The notes under the pieces: model-generated
The model's input: the letters and a program-made list of their open reading frames with translations, nothing else
What the model was told of the DNA's origin: nothing
Databases searched by the model: none
Assembly: GCA_904063045.1 (NCBI GenBank)
Contig: CAJFCJ010000006.1
Span: 2,904,946-2,968,945, forward strand
DNA length: 64,000 nt
Direction of reading: 5' to 3'
DNA from: Dimorphilus gyrociliatus
Taxonomy: Eukaryota; Animalia; Annelida
Made by a program: the position numbers and the translations under genes
Shown: positions 13,101-22,162 of the stretch, piece after piece
Numbering within the stretch: position 1 is the stretch's first letter
Layout of the letters: each line of letters begins with the position of its first letter

Positions 13101-14498
13101 CTATTTTCCTGGACAACATTTGCAGTCTTTGCAAGTACATGGATTGCATGTACAGCATTTGCAGCTATCTCCACATTTACATTTACCACCAGTTTTACAA
13201 TCGCAGTCATTACATACACAAGCTTTACCAGGACAGCATGTGCAAGGATCACAAGTACATGGATCGCATTTACAACATCTGCATTTGTCTCCACAACAAC
13301 ATTTTCCTCCATCTTTGCAACCACAATCTTTGCAGTCACAGGTATTCTTTCCGGGACAACATTTACAGTCCTTGCAAGTACATGGGTCGCATTTACAACA
13401 ACTGCATTTGTCTCCACAACAACATTTTCCTCCATCTCTGCAACAGCAATCCTTACATTCACAGGTATTCTTTCCAGGACAGCATCTGCAAGGATCACAA
13501 GTACATGGATCGCATTTACAACAACTGCACTTGTCTCCGCAACAACATTTTCCTCCGTTTTTGCAGTCACAGTCTTTGCAGTCACACTTGTTCTTTCCGG
13601 GACAACATTTACAGTCCTTGCAAGTACATGGGTCGCATTTACAACAACTGCATTTGTCTCCACAACAACATTTACCTCCATCTTTGCAACCACAATCCTT
13701 ACATTCACAGGTATTCTTTCCAGGACAGCATCTGCAAGGATCACAAGTACATGGATCGCATTTACAACAACTGCACTTGTCTCCACAACAACATTTTCCT
13801 CCATCTTTGCAACCACAATCTTTGCAGTCACAGGTATTCTTTCCGGGACAACATTTACAGTCCTTGCAAGTACATGGGTCGCATTTACAACAACTGCATT
13901 TGTCTCCACAACAACATTTTCCTCCATCTCTGCAACAGCAATCCTTACATTCACAGGTATTCTTTCCTGGACAACACTTGCAGTCTTTGCAAGTACATGG
14001 ATCGCATTTACAACAACTGCACTTGTCTCCACAACAACATTTTCCTCCGTTTTTGCAGTCACAGCCTTTGCAGTCACAGGTATTCTTTCCTGGACAACAC
14101 TTGCAGTCTTTGCAAGTACATGGATCGCATTTACAACAACTGCATTTGTCTCCACAACAACATTTTCCTCCGTTTTTGCAGTCACAGTCTTTGCAGTCAC
14201 ATTTGTTCTTTCCGGGACAACACTTGCAGTCCTTGCAAGTACATGGGTCACATTTACAACAACTGCACTTGTCTCCGCAACAACATTTACCTCCATCTTT
14301 GCAACCACAATCCTTACATTCACAGGTATTCTTTCCTGGACAGCATTTGCAGTCTTTGCAAGTACATGGATCGCATTTACAACAACTGCAGTTGTCTCCG
14401 CAGCAACATTTACCTCCGTTTTTGCAGTCACAGTCTTTACAGTCGCATTTCTGGTTGCTTGAACAACAAGTAGGGATTGTTTCTGGTTTCGAAGCCAT
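13101..14498 (-). CDS. Giant multi-domain metallothionein-like protein MT-A (465 aa, 11 tandem units of 39-41 aa, ~179 Cys, intronless)
   Basis: ATG 14498 to TAG 13101. Unit CDCKDCDCKNGGKCCCGDKCSCCKCDPCTCKDCKCCPGKNT. No aromatic residues, no signal peptide, CxC/CC/CCC motifs with Lys/Asp spacers. Confidence 0.8.
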   Translation of the reverse strand: MASKPETIPTCCSSNQKCDCKDCDCKNGGKCCCGDNCSCCKCDPCTCKDCKCCPGKNTCECKDCGCKDGGKCCCGDKCSCCKCDPCTCKDCKCCPGKNKCDCKDCDCKNGGKCCCGDKCSCCKCDPCTCKDCKCCPGKNTCDCKGCDCKNGGKCCCGDKCSCCKCDPCTCKDCKCCPGKNTCECKDCCCRDGGKCCCGDKCSCCKCDPCTCKDCKCCPGKNTCDCKDCGCKDGGKCCCGDKCSCCKCDPCTCDPCRCCPGKNTCECKDCGCKDGGKCCCGDKCSCCKCDPCTCKDCKCCPGKNKCDCKDCDCKNGGKCCCGDKCSCCKCDPCTCDPCRCCPGKNTCECKDCCCRDGGKCCCGDKCSCCKCDPCTCKDCKCCPGKNTCDCKDCGCKDGGKCCCGDKCRCCKCDPCTCDPCTCCPGKACVCNDCDCKTGGKCKCGDSCKCCTCNPCTCKDCKCCPGK

Positions 14499-14550
14499 TT
14501 TATTTTGTTATTATGCCACTAAGTTATATTGTCACACAATTGAGTCGTAG

Positions 14551-14743
14551 TTGAAATGAAAGCAATCTTGCTTATATACTGATACCAAATCTCGTTTTCA
14601 TCTCATTTTCCCATTTTGGCGCACGGAACCTTTTTTAAATCAATGCTTCAATACACTTAAGATAAATGTGAGGCGATGTTACGTGAAGCATGTGAAGGCA
14701 TATGTGAATCAAATTTCACATGTCGCTGTTTCGTTTTGCACTC
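14551..14743 (-). promoter_or_regulatory. MT-A promoter: TATATAAG (14578-14571), ~80-bp block shared with MT-B, TTCAC[GA] cluster (14665-14722), MRE core TGCACTC (14737-14743)
   Basis: Motifs read directly; MRE core consensus is TGCRCNC. Confidence 0.6.
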
Positions 14744-15140
14744 ATTTCTACCCAGTCTTGGCAAAGCTCCAAAAGAAAGGTGCTATGAAGACACATGTTT
14801 TGTAAAATAGGATATTTTCCAGCTGGAGAGATTATTATAAAATGCAGATAATCTTAAAGAGAATAAGAATGGGAGAAGAGAGGCTGTAACTTGAAAACTC
14901 TTACTTGAATATTGTAAATTTAAACACTTAATAATATTAAATATTCATTGAAATTATGACAAAACTTTATTCATCAATTCTTTTATATTTGAAAGAAAAG
15001 AAGTGAATTTCTTATTAGTTTTCTAAGAAATCTGTGAAAATTTGCTATGCAAAAGGCATATTATATTGATCTAATAAGCAAAGTAGGCGAGAATAAGTGC
15101 TTTTGACTGGTATATATATATACTGTATATTGGTAGACAT

Positions 15141-16448
15141 CTAATCGACATTTAATTTTCGGAAATACCCAGCAGTGTCACCATTATTGCCCGGCTTCTT
15201 CTCAGGATTGTACTGCTTTTTCGAAAAATCCGAAAATTCCTTGATGATATTATGATATTTCTCCGTAGTTACCAGTTTTGCTGTATCCTCTGAAAGTAGT
15301 CGGAAAGAATGCATAATTGCCTTTTATTTTTAATTCTTTATTTACATACCAGCAATTTTTTTACAAGATCCAGGACAAGGTCCATCGTATTCGTCAGGTA
15401 AGTATTCCTCGGGCAACATTCGGAGTGGAATTGTCTTATATAGAGACTCTAGATTACTGTGTGTCTTTATCTGTATAGGACAAAAATGACGCTTTTAGAC
15501 GTTTCGCTTTTAATTATTTATATACAGCATACTCTTTCTAATTGTTTCGATTTGAATGAGGGTTTCATCACCCCTAAAACAGCTTCAAATAGCATTCCGG
15601 CATTGTAAAAATCTATCGACTTAACTCTTCCCACTATTGAACCCTAGCATTGATAAAAAAAGAAGTTAAGGTTTTATACCTAACCTAATAATAGATAATA
15701 TTTGCCATGTGGTCTTTCTGATAAACGCTCAATGGTTTCGTACCAAAAGATGTTACGAAACCCAATGATACATTGGTTAAATCGAAGACGAGAATTACTC
15801 CATTGACTTGAATCATCTCGTCGTACATAAGATGATAAAATATACAATGCCAGGCTCTGATGCATACTTCTACAGTAAACTCTTTAAGAGTTTGAGTAAT
15901 TGGTTGTACAGCTAAAAGAATGAACAATACAGATTATTATGAATTATTTTTTGAAAAGTATTGAGTTTACATTCTCTATAAAAAAATATCTTTCTGCCTT
16001 CGTCGTCATATCCGGGAAGAACTAAAATTATCCTATAACAAGAACAAAAATAATTGTGGTTAAAACACATGAATCATAATATTCACCCTCTCTTGATAAA
16101 TTCTTGAATAGCATGGTCACGACTGTCGATATCTTTACAAACATTCTCGTGTTTAAACTGAAACTTTAGTATTTTTTCAATAGTTTCCCTTGCTTTTATC
16201 TGACTGAATTTTGCGTGTCTCAGTATCCTTAACAGACTTCTAGTACCTTAAGCATAAAAATATATTTCAATTTGCCATTAAGGACTACTTATTTGAATAC
16301 TTGTATCATATTTTAAGTAGTCTTGATCGTTAACCCATTTCCTTAGAGCTTCAACAGAATCTAATCTATCTTGTTCATTTTCTTGCAACTCATCTTTGGC
16401 TTTCTTAATATATTTCGGTTCAAGACTACACGTGTACTCGTTCGCCAT
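15141..16448 (-). CDS. CRAL-TRIO lipid-binding protein (alpha-tocopherol transfer protein / clavesin / RLBP1-like)
   Basis: MANEYTCSLEPKYIKKAKDELQE start, LLRILRHAKFSQIKARETIEKY, NGVILVFDLTNV, LPEEYLPDEY, and family-typical C-terminus GYFRKLNVD*; multi-exon. Confidence 0.88.
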
Positions 16449-17036
16449 TGTTCACAAACAGGAAAATGAAAAACAGTCAAGCCTTTTATAAGCTACTTAT
16501 AACCATGGTTGAGAAATTGGATATTTACCCTTTGATGACTCACTAGCACTTGGATGAACACTAATTATTTATAAGTTTGAAATAAATTCTTTCATAATTG
16601 CTAACAGTAATCATGTTAAGCGAATTTGACACTCTAATGTATAATAATAGTAAATTTGTATGTGTATTGAAGGTATAAGCCGTTAGGGAACTAAACCTTT
16701 TTAAGTTAACAATACTTTTTTTCTATTTAATTTAATAATAAAAGCAAAAAAGACACGTTTTTGTATGGGGAACTATACTTCTTCTTAAAGTAGCAGTTAA
16801 GTGGAAGAATATCTGTAATACGAAGACTTAGGGATATTTTGTCATTGATACTCGTTTCGTTTAGAACTCGTATATTACAGAATTATTACTCTTAATCTAC
16901 AGCTTATCTTGCATTATCAATTAAAGATTATCGTCTTGTAAGCATTTAAGGTTCATAGAGTTAATTTGTTAGAATTGCTGGATATTGGTATTTTTTTTTA
17001 CAAGGCCTTGCAGATCTTTAGTTTCTTATAATTAAA

Positions 17037-18094
17037 ATGGCGGATAATATACCCGTTTTCACAATACAAGAAACTTCTTATCCTGAAATTAATAATTTGC
17101 ATAAGTTAATGCACGAAAATGTCTCTTGGAATATCTCTAGAGATTTTTTACAATCAATATACGACTCTTTTGAAATGAAAACTTTCAACGCCGTTGCAGA
17201 GGATGGCGAAATAATAGGTTAGTATAAACACAAATGAAGACACTCTAATCTTCTCAGTATATATCTAATATATTCATAGTAAATCTTTAATTTAATTTAT
17301 AGGAACTTGTTCAATGTCACCTATCGAGGATATTCCAGATTGCTACATGTTTACTTCGTTTGCCGTGAAAAAATGCTATAGAGGAGCCGGTATAGGCAGA
17401 GAACTATTGGAAAAAGCTGATAATATAGTTAGAAATAGTAACGCTTTGGTAAACGCCGCCGAGGGTACTGATGATCTGTACAATCGTAAAGGATATACTC
17501 TAACTGATTTTATTATTCATGGCGTTTGTAAGTTTTAGAAATACTTCTATAAATAGAAGACGTTTACTATAAATATAATTTTCAGTTGATGTCCCCATTC
17601 TAAATGATGAATTTAAACAGAATATCAAACAAGATACAGCTGTTATCATTGAAGTGACGAATGGAAATGATAAGATAATGGAAGAAGTATTAAATTTTGA
17701 TCAACGCGTTGCCTATTCGAAGAGAACGCAATTCGTTAAGTCTTGGTGTCAAAAAAGCGAATATACATTAGTGGCATTAAGAAATAACAAGTGCGTTGGC
17801 TATACTTGTTTATGGTATAGCGAATTCTACAGAGTTGGTCCACTATTCGCTGAAGATAATGATGTTGCATCTCTCTTATGGCAAAAATCTGTTGAAAAGT
17901 TGTCCGGGGAGAAGATATTGGTTGAAATTTTTGAGGAAAATAAGGATGCTCTAAGCCTATTTGCCAAAAGTGGTTTGACAATAGAAAGAAACAAAAAATA
18001 CGTTAACGTTAGATTTAATAGTAAAGAAATTGTGAAATTTAATAGGAAATATGTCTATGCACTCTCTTCAACTGATTGTCCAATTCTTGTCTAA
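17037..18094 (+). CDS. Tandem GNAT-fold acetyltransferase (N-terminal GNAT plus YitH-like C-terminal GNAT)
   Basis: Exons 17037-17217, 17303-17527, 17586-18094 splice in frame. Acetyl-CoA motif FAVKKCYRGAGIG, LYNRKGY, RVGPLFAEDNDVA. Confidence 0.82.
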
Positions 18095-18161
18095 ATCGCA
18101 TTTTGAATGTTATTTGAATAATTTAACACCTAATGATAATAGTAATGCAATAAATAACAAT

Positions 18162-18215
18162 AAAACTGCAATGTAGCTACTAGACAAAACTGCAATGTAG
18201 CAACTAGACAAAACT
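18162..18215. repeat. 24-bp tandem duplication (2.2 copies) downstream of GNAT
   Basis: aaaactgcaatgtagc(t/a)actagac x2 plus aaaact. Confidence 0.85.
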
Positions 18216-18350
18216 TTGTTTATTTATAGAAATTAATTGCTGGAAAAGCAGAATTATGCCACGTATCTGAGCAATTACTCTTTTAAAAAGTGTTCACACG
18301 GCCAATATATCGGTAAACGGGCGCAAAAATAGGAAAAATGGGCATGACAA

Positions 18351-18629
18351 ACGTGAGCCTGATTCACGCTTTTTCACACGTTTCACGTTCTTCACGTTCT
18401 TCACGTACTTGATTCACATTGTGCTACGTCACGAAAAAATGAAAAAACAAAGAAAAAGGCCTAAAAGAAAGAAAAAACATTTTCCCGCCCATAACTTCAC
18501 GTTACATGAGTTTTAAATATATTATAAAACCGGTACTGCTTCAGAAGAAGTTCCGTGTGCCAAAATGGGAAAATGAGAGAAAAATGAGAATTTCTATCAG
18601 TATAAAAGCAATATTGTTTTCATTTGAAG
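18351..18629 (+). promoter_or_regulatory. MT-B promoter: TTCAC[GA] cluster (18363-18418, 18496), CRE-like TACGTCA (18425-18431), conserved block 18550-18629 with TATAAAAG (18601)
   Basis: Motifs read directly; block is homologous to the MT-A promoter. Confidence 0.6.
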
Positions 18630-18683
18630 AAAAACTCAAGTTTTCTTAAAACAAAAATTTACAAATAAAATAAACTGAAAAAT

Positions 18684-20138
18684 ATGGCTTCAAAACCAGA
18701 AACGACAACCACTTGTTGTTCAAATAAACAACAATGTAGGGATGGCCACAACAGACAAGAAAAACACTATTCTTCTGATGACAAATTCTCTTCTGACAAA
18801 TATATTCAAAGTACTTACAAAAATTGTAAATGCTGGAACAAAGACATCACTTGTGAATGTCAAGATTGTCGTTGCAAAGATGGAAGGACACGCTGTTCTG
18901 GGGTAAATTGCAGCTGCTGCAAATGTGATCCGCGTACGTGTAATAACTATAAATGCTTTTCTGGAAAGAATACCTGTGACTGCAAAGACTGCGACTGCAA
19001 AAACGGAGGGAAATGTTGTTGCGGAGATAATTGCAGTTGTTGTAAATGCGACACATGTACTTGCAAGGACTGCAAGTGTTGTCCCGGAAAGAATACCTGT
19101 GAATGTAAGGATTGTGGTTGCAAAGATGGAGGAAAATGTTGTTGCGGAGACAATTGCAGTTGTTGTAAATGCGACCCATGTACTTGCAAGGACTGCAAGT
19201 GCTGTCCAGGAAAGAATACCTGTGAATGTAAGGATTGTGGTTGCAAAAACGGAGGAAAATGTTGTTGCGGAGATAATTGCAGTTGTTGTAAATGCGAATC
19301 ATGTACTTGCAAGGACTGCAAGTGCTGTCCAGGAAAGAATACCTGTGAATGTAAGGATTGTCGTTGCAAAGATGGAGGAAAATGTTGTTGCGGAGACAAT
19401 TGCAGTTGTTGTAAATGCGACCCATGTACTTGCAAGGACTGCAAGTGCTGTCCAGGAAAGAATACCTGTGAATGTAAGGATTGTCGTTGCAAAGATGGAG
19501 GAAAATGTTGTTGCGGAGACAATTGCAGTTGTTGTAAATGCGAATCATGTACTTGCAAGGACTGCAAGTGCTGTCCAGGAAAGAATACCTGTGACTGCAA
19601 AGACTGCGACTGCAAAAACGGAGGAAAATGTTGTTGCGGAGATAATTGCAGTTGTTGTAAATGCGAATCATGTACTTGCAAGGACTGCAAGTGCTGTCCA
19701 GGAAAGAATACCTGTGACTGCAAAGACTGCGACTGCAAAAACGGAGGAAAATGTTGTTGCGGAGATAATTGCAGTTGTTGTAAATGCGACCCATGTACTT
19801 GCAAGGACTGCAAGTGCTGTCCAGGAAAGAATACCTGTGACTGCAAAGACTGCGACTGCAAAAACGGAGGAAAATGTTGTTGCGGAGATAATTGCAGTTG
19901 TTGTAAATGCGAATCATGTACTTGCAAGGACTGCAAGTGTTGTCCCGGAAAGAATACCTGTGAAAGTAAGGATTGTCGTTGCGAAGATGGAAGAAAATGT
20001 TGTTGTGGAGACAAATGCAGTTGTTGTAAATGCGACCCATGTACTTGCAAGGACTGCAAGTGCTGTCCAGGAAAGAATACCTGTGAATGTAAGGATTGTC
20101 GTTGCGAAGATGGAGGAAATTGCTTTGTAGAGGATTAA
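18684..20138 (+). CDS. Giant multi-domain metallothionein-like protein MT-B (484 aa, ~164 Cys; two eroded N-terminal units, nine near-intact units, partial last unit)
   Basis: Same MASKPET start and 123-bp unit as MT-A, opposite orientation. Confidence 0.78.
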   Translation: MASKPETTTTCCSNKQQCRDGHNRQEKHYSSDDKFSSDKYIQSTYKNCKCWNKDITCECQDCRCKDGRTRCSGVNCSCCKCDPRTCNNYKCFSGKNTCDCKDCDCKNGGKCCCGDNCSCCKCDTCTCKDCKCCPGKNTCECKDCGCKDGGKCCCGDNCSCCKCDPCTCKDCKCCPGKNTCECKDCGCKNGGKCCCGDNCSCCKCESCTCKDCKCCPGKNTCECKDCRCKDGGKCCCGDNCSCCKCDPCTCKDCKCCPGKNTCECKDCRCKDGGKCCCGDNCSCCKCESCTCKDCKCCPGKNTCDCKDCDCKNGGKCCCGDNCSCCKCESCTCKDCKCCPGKNTCDCKDCDCKNGGKCCCGDNCSCCKCDPCTCKDCKCCPGKNTCDCKDCDCKNGGKCCCGDNCSCCKCESCTCKDCKCCPGKNTCESKDCRCEDGRKCCCGDKCSCCKCDPCTCKDCKCCPGKNTCECKDCRCEDGGNCFVED

Positions 20139-20665
20139 ATCCGGTGACAATGGAACATTTGGTTTATGCTTGTCGAATGACATATTGTATTATTAATTTC
20201 TTTTATATATGTTTAAATGTTTTGGTAAAATAATATATTGATGATCTAAAACTCGAAGCTTTTTTTTTGTGAATGCAGTATGAATTGATTCACTTTATAG
20301 GATAGTGCTTGCCGAATTATTGCAATTGGAATATTTTTAAAAAATAGTAATTTGTTTAATGAGTGAATAAAAGGTATTTTTTTATTAACGAACTTTAAGT
20401 TTTGTAGATATTTAGAAGCGTAATGCTAAAAATCAGCGTCTTGAATAACTCTCGCTGTTTTTTTATATTGTATTTCCATTTATCGTGTTAGAATCTTTTT
20501 TCTGTTAAAAAATGGTAATTAGTAATATTTAAGAATTGTTTGCCTATATGACATACTATTACATCTTCTTATTAAAAGGTTAAAAAACTGTATGAGTTTT
20601 TAGGTACTTGAAATTAACTTTTTGACTTATTTAAAGAAACTTGTAAAATAATATTAATGGATCTA

Positions 20666-21655
20666 TTACCTTTGATCAATTTCTTTTTGGTAGGTACCAT
20701 GAGTAGAGATCTTAATTAGTAAACCATATAAAACTACTGCATGATGAATATTAGTTGCCCATTCGAGTTCATTGTTGGAAAATCTAATTTACAGAAGTAA
20801 TATTCATAATTTTTAATATGAAATGTTCAAAAGTATGATTTTTACCAACAATTTGTCTATTGCAGCTGTAGCTCCAATAGTTTCTGGCATTTTTTGAAAA
20901 GTGTCTGGCTTGACGAGAACTTGAAAACTAGTCTGAACCTTGTAGTGTTTCCAGCTGATAACGCAATCATTTACTTAGTAATAACTATAATAATTCAAAA
21001 GTGAAAATGTGCGTACTTGTGAGGAGAAGCATAGTATCCAGAATATACTATTGAAGGAGATACAAACACGCGTTTATAATCGAAACCTTTAGGTCCGTAA
21101 TTTTCTCCATAATGCCCAAATAACTCTTTCAACTCTTTACCAGTGTACAAAACATCACCTGGCATACACAATTGACCAGTGCGTAAAACGTCTCCAACTC
21201 TATTTGGTTGTGTGCCATGATAGGCTCGGTAATAGCACTCGAACGAATCTTCTAGAGGAGTATATAATTTTAATCCGAATCTGCACCATCCAACAGGAAT
21301 TGCATAGGTCATTGGAGGCTTTCCTCTTGAATAAGATTCTCTATCTCCTCTTTCTTTGTGGCAAACTCTGCAGTAGCAAATGTTAAATTGTTCATTCATA
21401 TAGTTATCTGTCATAATAAAGATTTACTATATTAATAATAAAAATGTAGTAAAAATATTTTTCAACCCACCGTCTAGCTTAAGCTCTTCCTTCACATATT
21501 CTTTCGCCAAGTCTTTTAAAACACAAACTGAAAACAAGGGAAAATGTATATGTAAATAAGCAATAACTTAATGTTATAATAAAAATAAAATAACCATTTC
21601 CATCAAGAGGATCTCCTTGAAAAAAGGTACCATCACAACAAACATTGCTTGCCAT
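20666..21655 (-). CDS. Cluster gene P1: short stand-alone NEURL4-type ART domain protein (no SPRY, only a stub of the helical region)
   Basis: Hand-spliced: MASNVCCDG...DGN|VCVLKDLAKEYVKEELKLD|DNYMNEQFNICYCRVCH...RAYHGT...FVSPSIVY|WKHYKVQTSFQVLVKP|FSNNELEW...YGLLIKI; stop 20666-20668. Confidence 0.72.
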
Positions 21656-22162
21656 ATTTCCAATTATAGATTCATAAGAAAAGATTGATAAAAATCAATA
21701 GGGAGACTATTCTGTACTTGATATATATTCTCAAGTCAGTGATGTAAAACTAAACAGCAAGAAAAGAAAAGAAAAGTAGAAAATTTGTTACATTAACATA
21801 TTTCTTCTACTTTTATTTTCGTTCATTTCATACTATTTTTTATAACGCAAAATATGTTTCCGTTCTTTTTTTTGTGGTTTTTAAATTGTATGACGATCAT
21901 AGGATCATAAAAGAAATAGTTGTATATTGTTGTATATGGAATATACGAAGTTGAACTAGAGAATACGAAAATCTATCTTCAAAAGCTTAATATTTCAAAA
22001 GTTAGGCTAAATATTTACAAACACATCAATAATTTTGTAATAGTTTTTGTTTTACTTTAAGTCTATTGTGTATACTTTCAGTTTTTATATACTGTATTCA
22101 TAATAATAATAGTCAACTACGTATTTAAAGGTGTCTAATATCTTTTTCTCTTGTGAAGTTTA

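Noticed and set aside
13101-14450. Regular repeats as a possible CRISPR array or satellite
   Set aside because: No unique spacers; the unit is a multiple of 3, codes for protein, and the context is eukaryotic.
13062-14550. Long alternative-frame and antisense ORFs (Thr/Ala/Phe-, Gln/His-, Val/Asn-, Tyr/Ile-rich) over MT-A
   Set aside because: The 123-bp unit lacks stops in most frames, so all such frames stay open. Only the Cys frame has a matching start in both genes and a promoter.
11493-16448. RDH-like SDR near an RLBP1-like CRAL-TRIO gene as a retinoid-cycle cluster
   Set aside because: Both belong to large families, orthology cannot be assigned by eye, and the SDR appears inactive.
18847-20183. 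The same shadow ORFs over MT-B
   Set aside because: Repeat artefact, as for MT-A.
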